A DNA stretch of 64,000 nucleotides from Armatimonadota bacterium (GCA_046292385.1 JBKBRF010000007.1:1-64000); one strand, 5' to 3'; positions 47,572 through 58,180 are shown, counted from the stretch's first letter. Notes: a model not told the origin generated them from the letters alone. Made by a program: numbers and translations.

Positions 47572-48360
47572 TTAGATCCCCTCCCCTGCCTCGCCGGTGA
47601 CCGGCCGGAGGGCCACGCAGTGCAGGTACGGCGTGCGGAGGCTGTCCAGGGAGACGTCGGAGCGGGGGCGGCCGGTCTCGTCCTCGCCGTAGATCCGCAG
47701 GTCGGCCAGGCCGGTGGCGGCGGCGAGGGCGCGCAGTTCCGGCAGGGTGTAGGCCCGGTAGCGGGCGGCGGGCAGGTCGCGCCGGGTACCGTCGGCCAGG
47801 ATGCAGCGGACACGGCTGACCACCGTCCCAGCGTCGAAGTCGAACCGGTGGCGCCGCACCACGTCGGTCCGCTCGATCAGCCGGTGCTCCGTCCGCGGCG
47901 CCCGCGCCCAGTAGTAGGGGTTGCAGGTAGCGAAGATGACCCGCCCGCCCGGCTTGAGGGCGGTCGCGACGGCGCGCATCATCGCCGCGTTGTCCGCGTC
48001 CGAGAAGGCGCCGAAGTCGAGCATCAGCGCGCCGTCGAAGACGCTCCGCTCCGGGAGGCTGCGGAGGTCCGCCTGGCGGAACTCGATCTCGGCGTGGTGC
48101 TCCCGCGCGGCGCCGCGGCCGAGAGAGAGCAGCCACTCCGCTTCCTCCACGGCGGTGACCTGGTAGCCCCACTGCGCCAGCCGCACGCTCACCGCGCCGG
48201 TCCCGCAGCCCAGCTCCAGCACCCGGCCGCCCGCGGGGAGGTCGAGCGTCTCCGTCAGGAACGGCAGCGACTCATCCGCTTCGTTGAAGTCCCCCATGTG
48301 CCCCAGGAACTCCAGCCCCGGGATCTGCCGCAAGTGCATCCGCCACCAGACGTGATTCAT
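47572..48360 (-). CDS. Class I SAM-dependent methyltransferase
   Basis: RVLELGCGTG, ADLR, LKPGGR. Confidence 0.88.
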   Translation of the reverse strand: MNHVWWRMHLRQIPGLEFLGHMGDFNEADESLPFLTETLDLPAGGRVLELGCGTGAVSVRLAQWGYQVTAVEEAEWLLSLGRGAAREHHAEIEFRQADLRSLPERSVFDGALMLDFGAFSDADNAAMMRAVATALKPGGRVIFATCNPYYWARAPRTEHRLIERTDVVRRHRFDFDAGTVVSRVRCILADGTRRDLPAARYRAYTLPELRALAAATGLADLRIYGEDETGRPRSDVSLDSLRTPYLHCVALRPVTGEAGEGI

Positions 48361-48608
48361 TCCCCCTCCGACCGTGCGCCCGCGGGCGCGATTGAGCTGT
48401 TGCAGGTTAGCAAGTTGGCAGGTTGCAGGTTAGATTCCGCCCGAAGGGGTTCGGAGCCCGGGAACCTGCAACCCGAAAACGGAACAGGGCAGGCTTAACG
48501 AAGCCATGCCGGAAGCACCCGGGTCGCCAGCGAGCAGGAGCGCGATCTCCCGTCTACGGAGGGTTCGGCTTTAGCCTTTAGCCTTTTGATTTTAGCCTTT
48601 AGGATCCC

Positions 48609-49955
48609 TCAGAGCTTCTGGCGCGCCTTCAGCTCCAGGTACCGGTTTACCACGGAGACGGAGAGCTCTTCCGGTGCGGAATCGAGGACCAGCGCCCCGA
48701 GCTTGTGCAGGCTCTCCTGGATCCGCCGCCGCTCGCCCAGCAGGTCGAGCGCCACGGTGCGCGCGTACATCTCCGCCGCGCTCTCCACCGGGCGCCGGGC
48801 GGCGGCGACCACTCGCTCGTCCTGCAGCGTCACGCAGAGCGGCAGGTGGGTAGGGAGCAGGAGCCGCAGGTAGGTTACCAGCTCCGCGGAAGTCTCTTCG
48901 TCGACCAGGTCGGTGAAGAAGACGACCAGCGACCGTCGCTTCACGCGGGTGGCGATCTGCTCCAGCGCGCCGCGGTAGTCGACGTGGCAGAGCCGCGCCT
49001 CCACGCCGTAGAGCAGCTCCAGGCACTGGCGGAGCTGCGGCTCGCCTTTGCCGAGCGGCAGGTAGGCGTCGACCTCATCCGAGACGATCATCAGCCCCAC
49101 GCGGTCGCCGGCCCGCAGCGCCACGTGCGCCAGCATCAGGGCGGCGTTGATCGCGTAGTCGAGCTTCGCCAGCTTCCCCACGCGGCCCGCCATCATCCGG
49201 CCCGCGTCGAGCACGATCAGCACGTTCTGGCTGCGCTCCACCTCGTAGACGCGGCTCATCGGGCGGTGGCGGCGGGCCGTCGCCTTCCAGTCGATCTGCC
49301 GGTACTCGTCGTCCGGGGTGTAGTCCCGGATCCGCTCGAACTCGGTGCCGCGCCCGATGTGGCGGGAGCGGTGGATGCCGAATTCACCCAGGCGGCTGCG
49401 GCGCGCCATCAGCTCGTACCGGGCGACCTCCCGCAGGTCGGGATAGGTGCGCACCTCCGCCGGGGCGGGGAGGGTCCACTGCCGCACCGCCAGTCCCGGC
49501 GCGTGCTCCACGCGGAGGTGCAGGTCGCCCAGCTCGTACCGCCCCCGCGCCGGGGAAATGACGTGGTACGTCAGGGTCGCCTCCTCCTGCGACCGCAGGG
49601 TGAGCGAGCCGGGCAGCCCTTCCACGTCCCAGGTCGGCGGCAGGGTGTCCTGGATCGTGAGCCGCAGTGGGAAGCGGCTGTAGTTGCGCACCCGCAGCTC
49701 CACGCACTCCCGCTCCCCGAGCGAGAGCCGCTCCGGAGCCAGGCGCACCACCTCCACGTCTTTCGGACGGATCCCCAGCAGCGCGTTGCCCGCCATCAGC
49801 ACGCCGCAGACCGCCAGGTAGAGCAGCGCCACCGCGAAGAACGCGGGCGAGACGACCGCCAGCGCCGCCGGCGCCAGCCCCAGCGCCGCCAGCAGCAGCA
49901 TGCGGCGGCTGGGGAGCACGCGGGAGCGGAGGGCAGGAGCTTCGGCAGATGACAT
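48609..49955 (-). CDS. DUF58 (VWA-like) protein
   Basis: GTEFERIRDY..D..R.IDWKATARR, LDAGRMM, FTDL. Confidence 0.9.
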   Translation of the reverse strand: MSSAEAPALRSRVLPSRRMLLLAALGLAPAALAVVSPAFFAVALLYLAVCGVLMAGNALLGIRPKDVEVVRLAPERLSLGERECVELRVRNYSRFPLRLTIQDTLPPTWDVEGLPGSLTLRSQEEATLTYHVISPARGRYELGDLHLRVEHAPGLAVRQWTLPAPAEVRTYPDLREVARYELMARRSRLGEFGIHRSRHIGRGTEFERIRDYTPDDEYRQIDWKATARRHRPMSRVYEVERSQNVLIVLDAGRMMAGRVGKLAKLDYAINAALMLAHVALRAGDRVGLMIVSDEVDAYLPLGKGEPQLRQCLELLYGVEARLCHVDYRGALEQIATRVKRRSLVVFFTDLVDEETSAELVTYLRLLLPTHLPLCVTLQDERVVAAARRPVESAAEMYARTVALDLLGERRRIQESLHKLGALVLDSAPEELSVSVVNRYLELKARQKL

Positions 49956-50014
49956 AAGAGCGAAAGGCGGCGGACGCCTAAAGAAGTCCCCCACGCCGCC
50001 CCCGATCTCCTCTT

Positions 50015-50368
50015 CGAACCGGATTCACCACGGAGCGCACAGAGGGCACCGAGATTTCGAACCGGATTCACCGCAGGGAATTGAACCGCCAAGACGCCAA
50101 GCTCGCCAAGAGGGATGGGCCGGGTTCGCCTGTCGAGTACCGTACAGCGGCCCCGGGCCGAACCGATTTCACCGCAGAGATCGCGGAGAGCGCAGAGGGG
50201 ACGCAGAGAGGGGAAGAGAGGGTTAGGCCAGATCCGCTGACGAGTCCGTGAGCGGCCCCGGAGTTTCTCCTTCTGGTTCCCCTCTCTGCGCCCTCTGCGC
50301 TCTCTGCGGTGAAATCCCGTTCGGTTCCTCTCGGTGCCCTCTGTGCGCTCCGTGGTGAATCCGGTTCG
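50015..50368. repeat. Nested miniature inverted-repeat element
   Basis: Perfect 40-bp outer IR 50015-50054/50329-50368; perfect 16-bp inner IR 50165-50180/50301-50316; CGCCAAG triplet at ~50087-50110. Confidence 0.88.
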
Positions 50369-50454
50369 GAGGTCCCGGGGGTGGTTGGCTGCCGGGGAGA
50401 CACGGTATGATCTTCCTGCGCTTGCCCGGAACAGGCCGGCGAAGCGTACTGAGG

Positions 50455-51417
50455 ATGCGTGAGTCAGTGGAGCCGTTCTGCCCAGGACGATACGCCGCGA
50501 TCGATGTCGGGAGCCATTCGGTGCTGCTCCTGGTGGCCGACGTGGACGAAGAAGGCCGGTTGACGCCGGTGGCAGACGGCGCCCGCGCCACCCGTCTCAG
50601 CGAGCGGTACTACATCCGCAAGCGGCTGAGCCGTCCCGCGCGCGACCGCACCCTGGAGGCGATCTGCGACTTCAGCCGCATCGCGCGCCGCTGCGGCGCG
50701 GAGGGGATTGCCGCGGTCGGCACCTCCGTCCTGCGGGACGCGCCGAACGGCACCGAGTTCCGCTCGCAGGTCCGCCAGGAGTGCGGCCTCCCGATCGAGG
50801 TGATCACCGGCGAGCAGGAGGCGGAGCTGGCCTACGAGGGGAACCTTCACGACCGCCTTCTGCCGGCCTGCGACGGCGAGCGGGTCGTGATCGACGTCGG
50901 CGGCGGCAGCACGGAGCTGGTCCGCGGCATCGGCGGCACCCTCACCTCTCGCGTCAGCTTCCCGATCGGCGCGGTCCGCCTCACGGAGAGCTTCCTCCGG
51001 AGCGATCCGCCGTCCGCGGCGGAGTGCGCGGCGGCGGAGGCGGCGGTGGAGCAGGCGTTCTGCGACGTGGAGCCTCTGCTGCCCGCTTCGGTGCTGATCG
51101 GCTCCAGCGGCACGGTCTACAACCTCACTCGGGTCGCCATCGCGGGCGGACTGATCCCGGCGGAGAAGGTGCACGGCGCGGCGCTCCCGCATACGCGGGT
51201 GGCGGAGCTGGTCGACCTCTTCCGCAGCCTGCCGATCAAGTTTCGCAAGCGGGTCCCCGGGCTGGAGCCGGAGCGCGCCGACGTGATCTTCGCCGGCGCC
51301 ATGATCCTCCACCAGGTGATGGCGCGGCTCTCCGCCACGCAGCTGACCACCAGCAGCAACGGCGTCCGCCACGGCTGCATCTACAACATGGCCCGCCGCG
51401 CCCTGCTCAAGCGGTAA
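50455..51417 (+). CDS. Ppx/GppA family phosphatase (short form)
   Basis: AAIDVGSHS, GEQEA, DVGGGSTE, RADVIFAG. Confidence 0.9.
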   Translation: MRESVEPFCPGRYAAIDVGSHSVLLLVADVDEEGRLTPVADGARATRLSERYYIRKRLSRPARDRTLEAICDFSRIARRCGAEGIAAVGTSVLRDAPNGTEFRSQVRQECGLPIEVITGEQEAELAYEGNLHDRLLPACDGERVVIDVGGGSTELVRGIGGTLTSRVSFPIGAVRLTESFLRSDPPSAAECAAAEAAVEQAFCDVEPLLPASVLIGSSGTVYNLTRVAIAGGLIPAEKVHGAALPHTRVAELVDLFRSLPIKFRKRVPGLEPERADVIFAGAMILHQVMARLSATQLTTSSNGVRHGCIYNMARRALLKR

Positions 51418-51604
51418 GCTGCCGGGCTGCGCTCGACGAGATGGGTGGCTCGTTATCAGGTTGTCAGGTTACAGGTTGGCAGGTTCCGAACCCCGTCTCC
51501 GGAGTGCCTGACTTGCAGCTTGCCAACTTGCTAACCTACGAACCTGCGTGATGCGACAGGTCCGCCGTCTCTCGGCAGACAATCTCTCACCGGAGGTGGC
51601 CTCG

Positions 51605-52501
51605 ATGCGCGTTCTCAAGAGCCTGGGTGCGGTCCTCATCGGTGCGGCGGTCCTGGCCGCGGCTCCCGGAGCGAGTGAGGAAGGGCGGATGCTGCCGCTG
51701 ACCCTGCGCCGGCAGGTGGAAGCGGGCGGCCGGTTTACGCCGCAGGAGACGAAGGTCCGCTGGAAGCCTGCGGAGACGGCGGTGATCGTGATCGACATGT
51801 GGGACCGCCACTGGTGCGCCGGCGCGAATCGCCGCGGCGCGGAGCTGGCCCCGCGGGCGGACCGCTTCGTCGCCCGCGCCCGGGAAGCGGGAGCACTGAT
51901 CGTTCACGCCCCCAGCGGCTGCATGGAGGCGTACCGCGATCATCCCGCCCGCCGCCGCGCCCAGAGCGCCCCGCCTGCCCCGAACCTGCCGGAGGGCATC
52001 GAGAAGTGGTGCTACTCGATCCCGGCGGAGGAGCGCGGCAAGTACCCGCTGGACCAGACCGACGGCGGCTGCGACTGCCAGCCGAAATGCGCCACCAGCA
52101 ATCCCTGGAAGCGGCAGATGGACGCGATCCGCATCCGGGACGAGGACGCGATCAGCGACTCCGGGCCGGAGGTCTGGAACCTGCTGGAGCAGCGCGGCAT
52201 CCGCAACGTCCTGATTCTGGGGGTCCACACCAACATGTGCATCCTGGGCCGCCCGTTCGGGCTGCGGAACATGGCGCGCTTCGGGAAGAACGTCGCGCTC
52301 GTCCGCGACCTCACCGACACGATGTACAATCCCCGGGCCTGGCCCTACGTCGACCACTTCCGCGGAACCGGGCTGATCGTGGAGCATATCGAGAAGTACG
52401 TCTGCCCCACCGTCTCCTCGGAGCAGCTCCTCGGCGGGAAGCCGTTCCGCTTCCGTGAGGCTCCCACGCCGGAGCCGAAGCGCGGCAGCGACGCGGAATA
52501 G
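51605..52501 (+). CDS. Secreted isochorismatase/cysteine hydrolase family protein
   Basis: Signal peptide; IDMWDRHWC; GVHTNMCILGRPFG; RDLTD. Confidence 0.82.
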   Translation: MRVLKSLGAVLIGAAVLAAAPGASEEGRMLPLTLRRQVEAGGRFTPQETKVRWKPAETAVIVIDMWDRHWCAGANRRGAELAPRADRFVARAREAGALIVHAPSGCMEAYRDHPARRRAQSAPPAPNLPEGIEKWCYSIPAEERGKYPLDQTDGGCDCQPKCATSNPWKRQMDAIRIRDEDAISDSGPEVWNLLEQRGIRNVLILGVHTNMCILGRPFGLRNMARFGKNVALVRDLTDTMYNPRAWPYVDHFRGTGLIVEHIEKYVCPTVSSEQLLGGKPFRFREAPTPEPKRGSDAE

Positions 52502-52509
52502 ACCACGCG

Positions 52510-52821
52510 ATGAACCGGACCACCTTCAAATTCACGCTCGAGTTCCAGTCGGAAGATCCCCACTCCGACCACGCCCGGCTGGTCGAGTTGCTGAGCCGCG
52601 TGCCTGGGGTCGAAGCCGTCGCGACCGTCGAAGAGATTACCGAAGGCTGCCCGGTCGCCCGCCTGGCCGTCGACACGCACTTCCAGGACTCGCAGCAGGC
52701 CTGGAGCCTCTACAACCGGCTTACGCGGCAAATCCATACCTGCGCCGGCGTCTATCTCTGGAAGCGCGAGTGCCGCCTGGCCGAGATGCACGCGAGCGAA
52801 GAGGCGCTGCGGGAGAGCTGA
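52510..52821 (+). CDS. Hypothetical protein
   Basis: Coding-like codon usage, directly after the upstream gene. Confidence 0.6.
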   Translation: MNRTTFKFTLEFQSEDPHSDHARLVELLSRVPGVEAVATVEEITEGCPVARLAVDTHFQDSQQAWSLYNRLTRQIHTCAGVYLWKRECRLAEMHASEEALRES

Positions 52822-52966
52822 ACGCTCGGCCGGGATGGGGTGGAGAGCGGGGAGGCACGGGTGCGGCAACCCTCACCCGAACCGAAGGTGAACGGCTCGC
52901 CGGAAAACAACGCGGCCCGTCCCGGAGAGGGACGGGCCGCGCTCTTCGTTCGGACGGCTGCGGAGG

Positions 52967-53497
52967 TTACACACCTGCCTGGTAGAGGGCCTCCAGCCAG
53001 TAGTAACCACCATCCGCTCGGATGAGGGACTCGAGCCAGTGGGTGAAACTGGCTGCGATCGGTCGCCATTCGCGGGGCTGCTCGGAATGGATCCCGTCCA
53101 GGACGTGGCCGGTTTCCAGATCGAACGCGAGGAAATCGCCGGACCCGTTTACACGGGCGAAGACCGCGTAGCGCTCCAGGGCCTCAGTTCCGTAAAAGTC
53201 CTCTTCTTCCTCCTGCAGATCCACAATCAGCTCGGTCGACGCAATTCCGACCCCGTGCAGGCCGGACTCGTTGACGAACAGGTTGGCGCCGTTGGTGAAG
53301 CGCCAGAAGACCTGGAAGTCGACGGGGAGCTTGCGCCGCAGCCGCGTCTCCGCGGCGGCGACCGCCTGATCCTCCGCCGGAGGGAAGAGCATCACCTCAT
53401 ACCAGTCGGATACGCTGCCGGTCTCGACTCGCAGCCCACCGTCCGCATGGATGCGGCGGAGCTCTGCGAGTAACGGCGCCAGAGGATGACTGTCCAC
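52967..53497 (-). CDS. SMI1/KNR4 (SUKH) family protein
   Basis: PPA....AETRL..KLP.DF..F..FTNG..GD...FDL..IAASFTHWL. Confidence 0.85.
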   Translation of the reverse strand: MDSHPLAPLLAELRRIHADGGLRVETGSVSDWYEVMLFPPAEDQAVAAAETRLRRKLPVDFQVFWRFTNGANLFVNESGLHGVGIASTELIVDLQEEEEDFYGTEALERYAVFARVNGSGDFLAFDLETGHVLDGIHSEQPREWRPIAASFTHWLESLIRADGGYYWLEALYQAGV

Positions 53498-53652
53498 GGA
53501 AAGGCTCCTGCACCGGCGCTCCGAGAGGGGCCGCGCCGGACACCGCTCTGTTCCCCGCCCTGGGCACCGGTTCCTCCCGCCCGGTGCTATCGCGCATCTT
53601 TCACACGCCCGGTGGAGCCGCCGCTGCTCTGCCGGCGCGTCTTTTGAAGAGA

Positions 53653-53683
53653 GCGGACCCCGGGGAGCTCCCCCGGGGTCCGC
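53653..53683 (-). terminator. Hairpin after the DUF4139 gene
   Basis: GCGGACCCCGGGG/CCCCGGGGTCCGC 13-bp stem. Confidence 0.7.
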
Positions 53684-53690
53684 ACCTCGT

Positions 53691-55925
53691 CTAACCTACC
53701 GACAGGCTGTCGAGGTACTGCCGCAGCTCCTGCTGGGCTTCCGCCTCCTGCTGGCGCAGCCGCCGCTGCTCCGCGCGCAGCGTCTCGATCTGCGCCTCCT
53801 GCTCGGTCAGCTTCTGCACGTACTGCATGTAGAGCGGGCTGTTGCGGTCGAGCCGCTCCATGTTCTGGCGGATGCGGGCCTGCTCCGCGTCGATCTCCTT
53901 CAGCTCCGCCTCCACCGCGGCGCGGCGGCCCTGGAGCTCGGTGATCTTGCGGCGGCGCGTCACCAGCTCTTCCAGGGCACGCTTCACCTCCGGGCTGACG
54001 CGGTCGTTCCGCGTGTAGGTGAGGAGGAGGTCCAGGTCGGCGTCGAGCAGCGCTACCGTCTCCGTAACCGGCCGCTCCGTGCTGACGGTCAGCTTCTCCG
54101 TCTCCCCCGGGGCCACCGTCACCCGGAAGCGGTAGGCCTCCGGCGTGATCTCCGCGGCGGTTTTCGGCTGCGCCAGGTCGAAGCCCTCGTCCTTCGCCTG
54201 CTGCACCAGGAGCGTCTTTGCCGTCTTGCCCTTGTTGCGGAAGCTGTAGGTGCGGGTGAGGTGCTGCTTGCGGGTGATGTGCAGCACGCCGCTCTTGATG
54301 CTGATCGTCACGTTCTCCGCGCGGGGCTGCGGCCCTTCCTGGTCGGCAACCAGGTCGAGGTCCACCGCGTACGCGAGCAGCCGCTCCTCGCCCGGACCGA
54401 CGTGCCCCACCTGCGCGTCGCCCGCGTAGGCGTCGTCCTCGAAGACGGTGATCGGCCCGCCGGAGAGGTCGAGCCCGGTGGTGTTCTTCAGCCGGAAGCC
54501 GCGGAGCGCGTGCCGGGAATCGGCGCTCGGATCGAAGATCGAGAGCCGCTCGCCCTGGATGCCGGCGCCGACGATCGGCACCATCGCCGCCTTGCCGCGA
54601 GGGAGGGTGACCGGCTGCTGGATGGCGTACTCGAACAGCTCGCCGCGCTCCGCACCCTCCGCCTGAGCCTGGGTCCCCTCTACGCCCTCAATGGAGAGAC
54701 CGAGGTCCCGGCGACGCTCCCGGGAAAGCTGCTCCAGCGCGGCACGGTCGCTCGGCCCCGGCGCTCCCGCGGGTCCCGGCGGGCCCTGCGGTCCCCGGTC
54801 CCCGGCAGCGCCCGCCCGCGCGCCCAGGTTGACGCTGCCGGTAATCTTGGGCATGCGCGCGATCGTAGCGGCCGCCTTGGCATCCTCGAACACTTCTACC
54901 GCCTCACCGTAGAGCTGCGGGCGCGGAGAGCCGACCACCTGCGGCTGCACGACGGGGCGGGGGACGTAGAGCGGCTGGTAGAGGTCCTGGATGAAGCTGA
55001 TCGGCCGTCCGGAGACGAGCGAGAGCCGCACGTCGCGCCAGTCCTCCCCCGTCGTGTTCTCCACGATCGCCCAGCCCTGCAGATACGCGCCTCCGGCCCC
55101 GTTCGGCGCCGGCGCGGCCGGCTGCTGACCGGTGGCAGGCTGCCCGGGGGCGGGCTTGTCGTCCAGCACCAGGCGGTAGCTCGTCTTCCAGACCGGCGTC
55201 TCCTGCAGGTAGCCGGCCCGCACCTCCCGCGCCGCGTCACCGGTGAAGCGCAGCTCTACCTCTCGCTGCTCGTCGGAGAGGCCGGTCGCCAGGAGCGCCA
55301 GGCTGTCCCGCAGCTCGCGGTCGAGCCGCTCGTCCAGCAGCTGCACCTGCTGCACCGCCTCCAGCGGGACCGCCCGCAGGCCGGTCGCCGTCAGCACGTT
55401 CAGCACCTCCTGCTCCACCGGCGGGTGCCCGTCCCGCACCGGCGGCACCACTTTGCTGCTGACGCTGACCAGCCGCCCTTCCACCTGCTCCTTGGCGAGG
55501 TGGAGGCGCAGGCGGGCGCCCTGGAACTGCCGCAGGAGGGCGCCGAGCGAGACGCTGCTGCCGGTGGCGAGGGCGCGGACCCCGGGGCGGAGGAGGTGCG
55601 CGTCCTGCGTCGTGTACGTGACGGGGCGCACCTGCCCCTGCGGATCGATCAATACCAGGCTCTTCAGGATGTCGTTCACCTGGCCCGCCCGGAACGAGAG
55701 CTTGAGCGAGGTGGTGCCGCGGACGGTGCCGCGCCGCTGGAAGTAGCCGACGCCGCTGCTGAAGAGCACCACGTCCTTCAGCGGCAGCGGCTGCGCGGGG
55801 GCGGCGGGGCCGCCCTCCTGCGCCCGCAGCGGCGCCGCCGCCACCCCGCAGGAAAGCAGCGCGAGCGCCAATAGGGTCAAGCGCGGCGGGACAGTGCGCC
55901 GCGCGCGAACGTTCGTAAGGGACAT
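53691..55925 (-). CDS. Secreted DUF4139-like protein with a C-terminal coiled coil
   Basis: VVLFSSGVGYF, NDILKSL, WKTSYRL, LQGWAIVEN, LVSGRPISF. Confidence 0.8.
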   Translation of the reverse strand: MSLTNVRARRTVPPRLTLLALALLSCGVAAAPLRAQEGGPAAPAQPLPLKDVVLFSSGVGYFQRRGTVRGTTSLKLSFRAGQVNDILKSLVLIDPQGQVRPVTYTTQDAHLLRPGVRALATGSSVSLGALLRQFQGARLRLHLAKEQVEGRLVSVSSKVVPPVRDGHPPVEQEVLNVLTATGLRAVPLEAVQQVQLLDERLDRELRDSLALLATGLSDEQREVELRFTGDAAREVRAGYLQETPVWKTSYRLVLDDKPAPGQPATGQQPAAPAPNGAGGAYLQGWAIVENTTGEDWRDVRLSLVSGRPISFIQDLYQPLYVPRPVVQPQVVGSPRPQLYGEAVEVFEDAKAAATIARMPKITGSVNLGARAGAAGDRGPQGPPGPAGAPGPSDRAALEQLSRERRRDLGLSIEGVEGTQAQAEGAERGELFEYAIQQPVTLPRGKAAMVPIVGAGIQGERLSIFDPSADSRHALRGFRLKNTTGLDLSGGPITVFEDDAYAGDAQVGHVGPGEERLLAYAVDLDLVADQEGPQPRAENVTISIKSGVLHITRKQHLTRTYSFRNKGKTAKTLLVQQAKDEGFDLAQPKTAAEITPEAYRFRVTVAPGETEKLTVSTERPVTETVALLDADLDLLLTYTRNDRVSPEVKRALEELVTRRRKITELQGRRAAVEAELKEIDAEQARIRQNMERLDRNSPLYMQYVQKLTEQEAQIETLRAEQRRLRQQEAEAQQELRQYLDSLSVG

Positions 55926-56334
55926 GGAAGGGTTCTCCCGTCTGGCCGGCGCCGCAGCCCGGCAGCACTGGTGTGGCAACAGAAAGTTGGACGCCGCCCC
56001 GCGCGCCAGGGTTACCCCCCCTCTGGCTTAGCGGCCGGCTCGCTCACTGGTGAGGCCCGACTGGGTGCAAGGGAGAGTGGGAGAAACCGCCCTCGGGAGC
56101 AGGGCTCGCTTGCCGGGTACGGTAGCATTCCGGGAGCGCCATTGAGAAAGAGAATGAGAAGGAGAAAGAGTAGGAGTGTCCGTACCGGAAGGTTCGGATT
56201 CATCCCGCATTCTTCCGCCCTCATCCCTCTAGCTCCCGTGCTCTCCTTTGCACCGACTCAGTTCCGCGTGAGGCGGGCACTGGCGGGGGCGGGGTAAAAT
56301 AGCTTTCGTCATCGGAACCCAGAGGAGTGCACCC

Positions 56335-56601
56335 ATGCCGACCGGCAAGTCGGACCAGCCCGCCACTATCCAGGACGTGAAGAACGCCGCCGACGAAGTA
56401 CTGGCCCGCCTGAGCGGCCCGGAGCTCACCGCCTCCGGCCTGTTCCCCTTCGGAATCACGCAGATCGCCATCTCCGTAAAGGCGGGCGACGCCGAGATCA
56501 ACGTGCAGATCGCCGGACCGGACCACGCTCACGGGGACGAGGGCGAGTGGTTCGAAGAGGAGATGGGCGATCTGTTCGACGAGGATGACGACGAGCTCTA
56601 A
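56335..56601 (+). CDS. Small acidic hypothetical protein
   Basis: AGGAG RBS; overlaps the CheR start. Confidence 0.7.
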   Translation: MPTGKSDQPATIQDVKNAADEVLARLSGPELTASGLFPFGITQIAISVKAGDAEINVQIAGPDHAHGDEGEWFEEEMGDLFDEDDDEL

Positions 56602-57454
56602 CGACACCGCTGCTGTCTCCTCGGTGAGCGCCGCCCCGGCCAGGCTCCCGCGGCAACCCACGCCTGATCCCGAGCTGGAGTGGCTGATCGAGAGGATCTC
56701 CAGCGGGTATGGGTTCGACGTGCGCGCCTACAAGCGGTCGACGCTCTACCGCCGCATCCGGAAGCGCATGCACGACGCGCGCTGCGGGTCCCCCCGGGAG
56801 TATCTCTTGCGCCTGGAGGGGGACCCGGAGGAGCTGCAGCAGCTCCTCTCCACGCTGCTGATCAACATCACGGAGTTCTTCCGCGATCCCGAAGCGTGGG
56901 AAGCGCTGCGCCGGCTCGCGCTGGAGCCGCTCCTCCAGGACCGTGCTCCGGACCAGCCGGTGCGGGCCTGGAGCGTCGGCTGCGCCACTGGCGAGGAGGC
57001 GTACTCCCTCGCCATGCTGCTCTCCGGCTGGACCGACGCGGGGGGCACGCTCAAGCTGTTCGCCACCGACGTGAGCCAGCCGGCGCTGGCCGCGGCCCGG
57101 ACCGGCACCTACCCGCACTCCAGCCTCCGAAACGTCTCTCCGGACCGGCTGGAGCGGTTCTTCGAGCCGCGGACCTTCGGTTACGCCGTCCGGCGAGAGC
57201 TGCGCGCCGCCGTCACCTTCGGCGCTCACGACATCCTACGCGATCCCCCGATCTCCCGGCTCGATCTACTCGTCTGCCGAAACGTGCTGATCTATCTCGG
57301 GCGGGAGGCGCAGCATCAGGTGCTCCGCCGCTTCCACTACGCCCTCCGCGAAGGCGGCTGCCTCTTCCTGGGGAAGGCGGAGACCCTGATGACGCGCTCC
57401 CACCTGTTCGAGCCCCTCGATTCCCGCTACCGCATCTTCCGACGATTACCCTAG
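56585..57454 (+). CDS. cheR: CheR-family protein-glutamate O-methyltransferase
   Basis: YKRSTLYRR, TEFFRD, WSVGCATGEEAYS, CRNVLIY. Confidence 0.9.
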   Translation: MTTSSNDTAAVSSVSAAPARLPRQPTPDPELEWLIERISSGYGFDVRAYKRSTLYRRIRKRMHDARCGSPREYLLRLEGDPEELQQLLSTLLINITEFFRDPEAWEALRRLALEPLLQDRAPDQPVRAWSVGCATGEEAYSLAMLLSGWTDAGGTLKLFATDVSQPALAAARTGTYPHSSLRNVSPDRLERFFEPRTFGYAVRRELRAAVTFGAHDILRDPPISRLDLLVCRNVLIYLGREAQHQVLRRFHYALREGGCLFLGKAETLMTRSHLFEPLDSRYRIFRRLP

Positions 57455-57621
57455 CTCCGCTTTCGCCAGCGCGCCCTCCCGAACTGAGAAGCGGAACTCT
57501 CTCTGTCCCTCTGTCTCTCCGTCCAGCCGGCAGGCAGCGGCTCCCACCCCGGGCATGTTTTGAACCCGGACCCGCACGGAAAAATGCGAGTGCCGGGAGC
57601 TGAATGTAATGCGGATAGAAC

Positions 57622-58116
57622 ATGCTCGAAATTAAGCAAAAAGCTGGCGGGAAGGTACTGCTCCGGCTCCGCCAACCGACTCTACGCGGAGCTGATCTCC
57701 GGGGGCGGGACCTCTTCTGGGCTGACTTGCCGGGAACGGATCTTACCGGGGCGATTCTGGAGGACGCGGATATCGGTTACGCCGATCTCACCGGCGCCAC
57801 GCTGACTTCCGCACGCCTGCACTGCGCGAACCTTCAGCGCGCGCGCCTGGACCACGCCGTCCTCCATCAGGCCGACCTGCGCCAGGCGAACCTGCGCGGC
57901 GCCAGCCTGCGCGGTGCGACCCTGCGGGGGGCGAACCTGAGCGGAGCCAACCTGGCGGGGGCAGACCTGACCGACGCTGACTGCACCGGCGCCGTGGTGA
58001 CGGGCGTCTACTACGATCACACCACGCGCGGGGCGAGCGGATTCCTGACCCGGCTGCACGGCGAGGAGGACGAGGACGACGTGCAGAGCCCGTCCACCAA
58101 CTCAACGGCGCAGTAG
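57622..58116 (+). CDS. Pentapeptide repeat protein
   Basis: A(D/N)Lxx repeats. Confidence 0.92.
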   Translation: MLEIKQKAGGKVLLRLRQPTLRGADLRGRDLFWADLPGTDLTGAILEDADIGYADLTGATLTSARLHCANLQRARLDHAVLHQADLRQANLRGASLRGATLRGANLSGANLAGADLTDADCTGAVVTGVYYDHTTRGASGFLTRLHGEEDEDDVQSPSTNSTAQ

Positions 58117-58180
58117 CGATCGCCACGCCAGGGGTGGATCGGCGCAGGGCACGTCCGGGCTCCCGACAGCCCGCCCTACG

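Noticed and set aside
54745..54815. Collagen-like Gly-X-Y stretch in the DUF4139 protein
   Set aside because: Only about eight triplets within a variable linker; too short to call a collagen domain.
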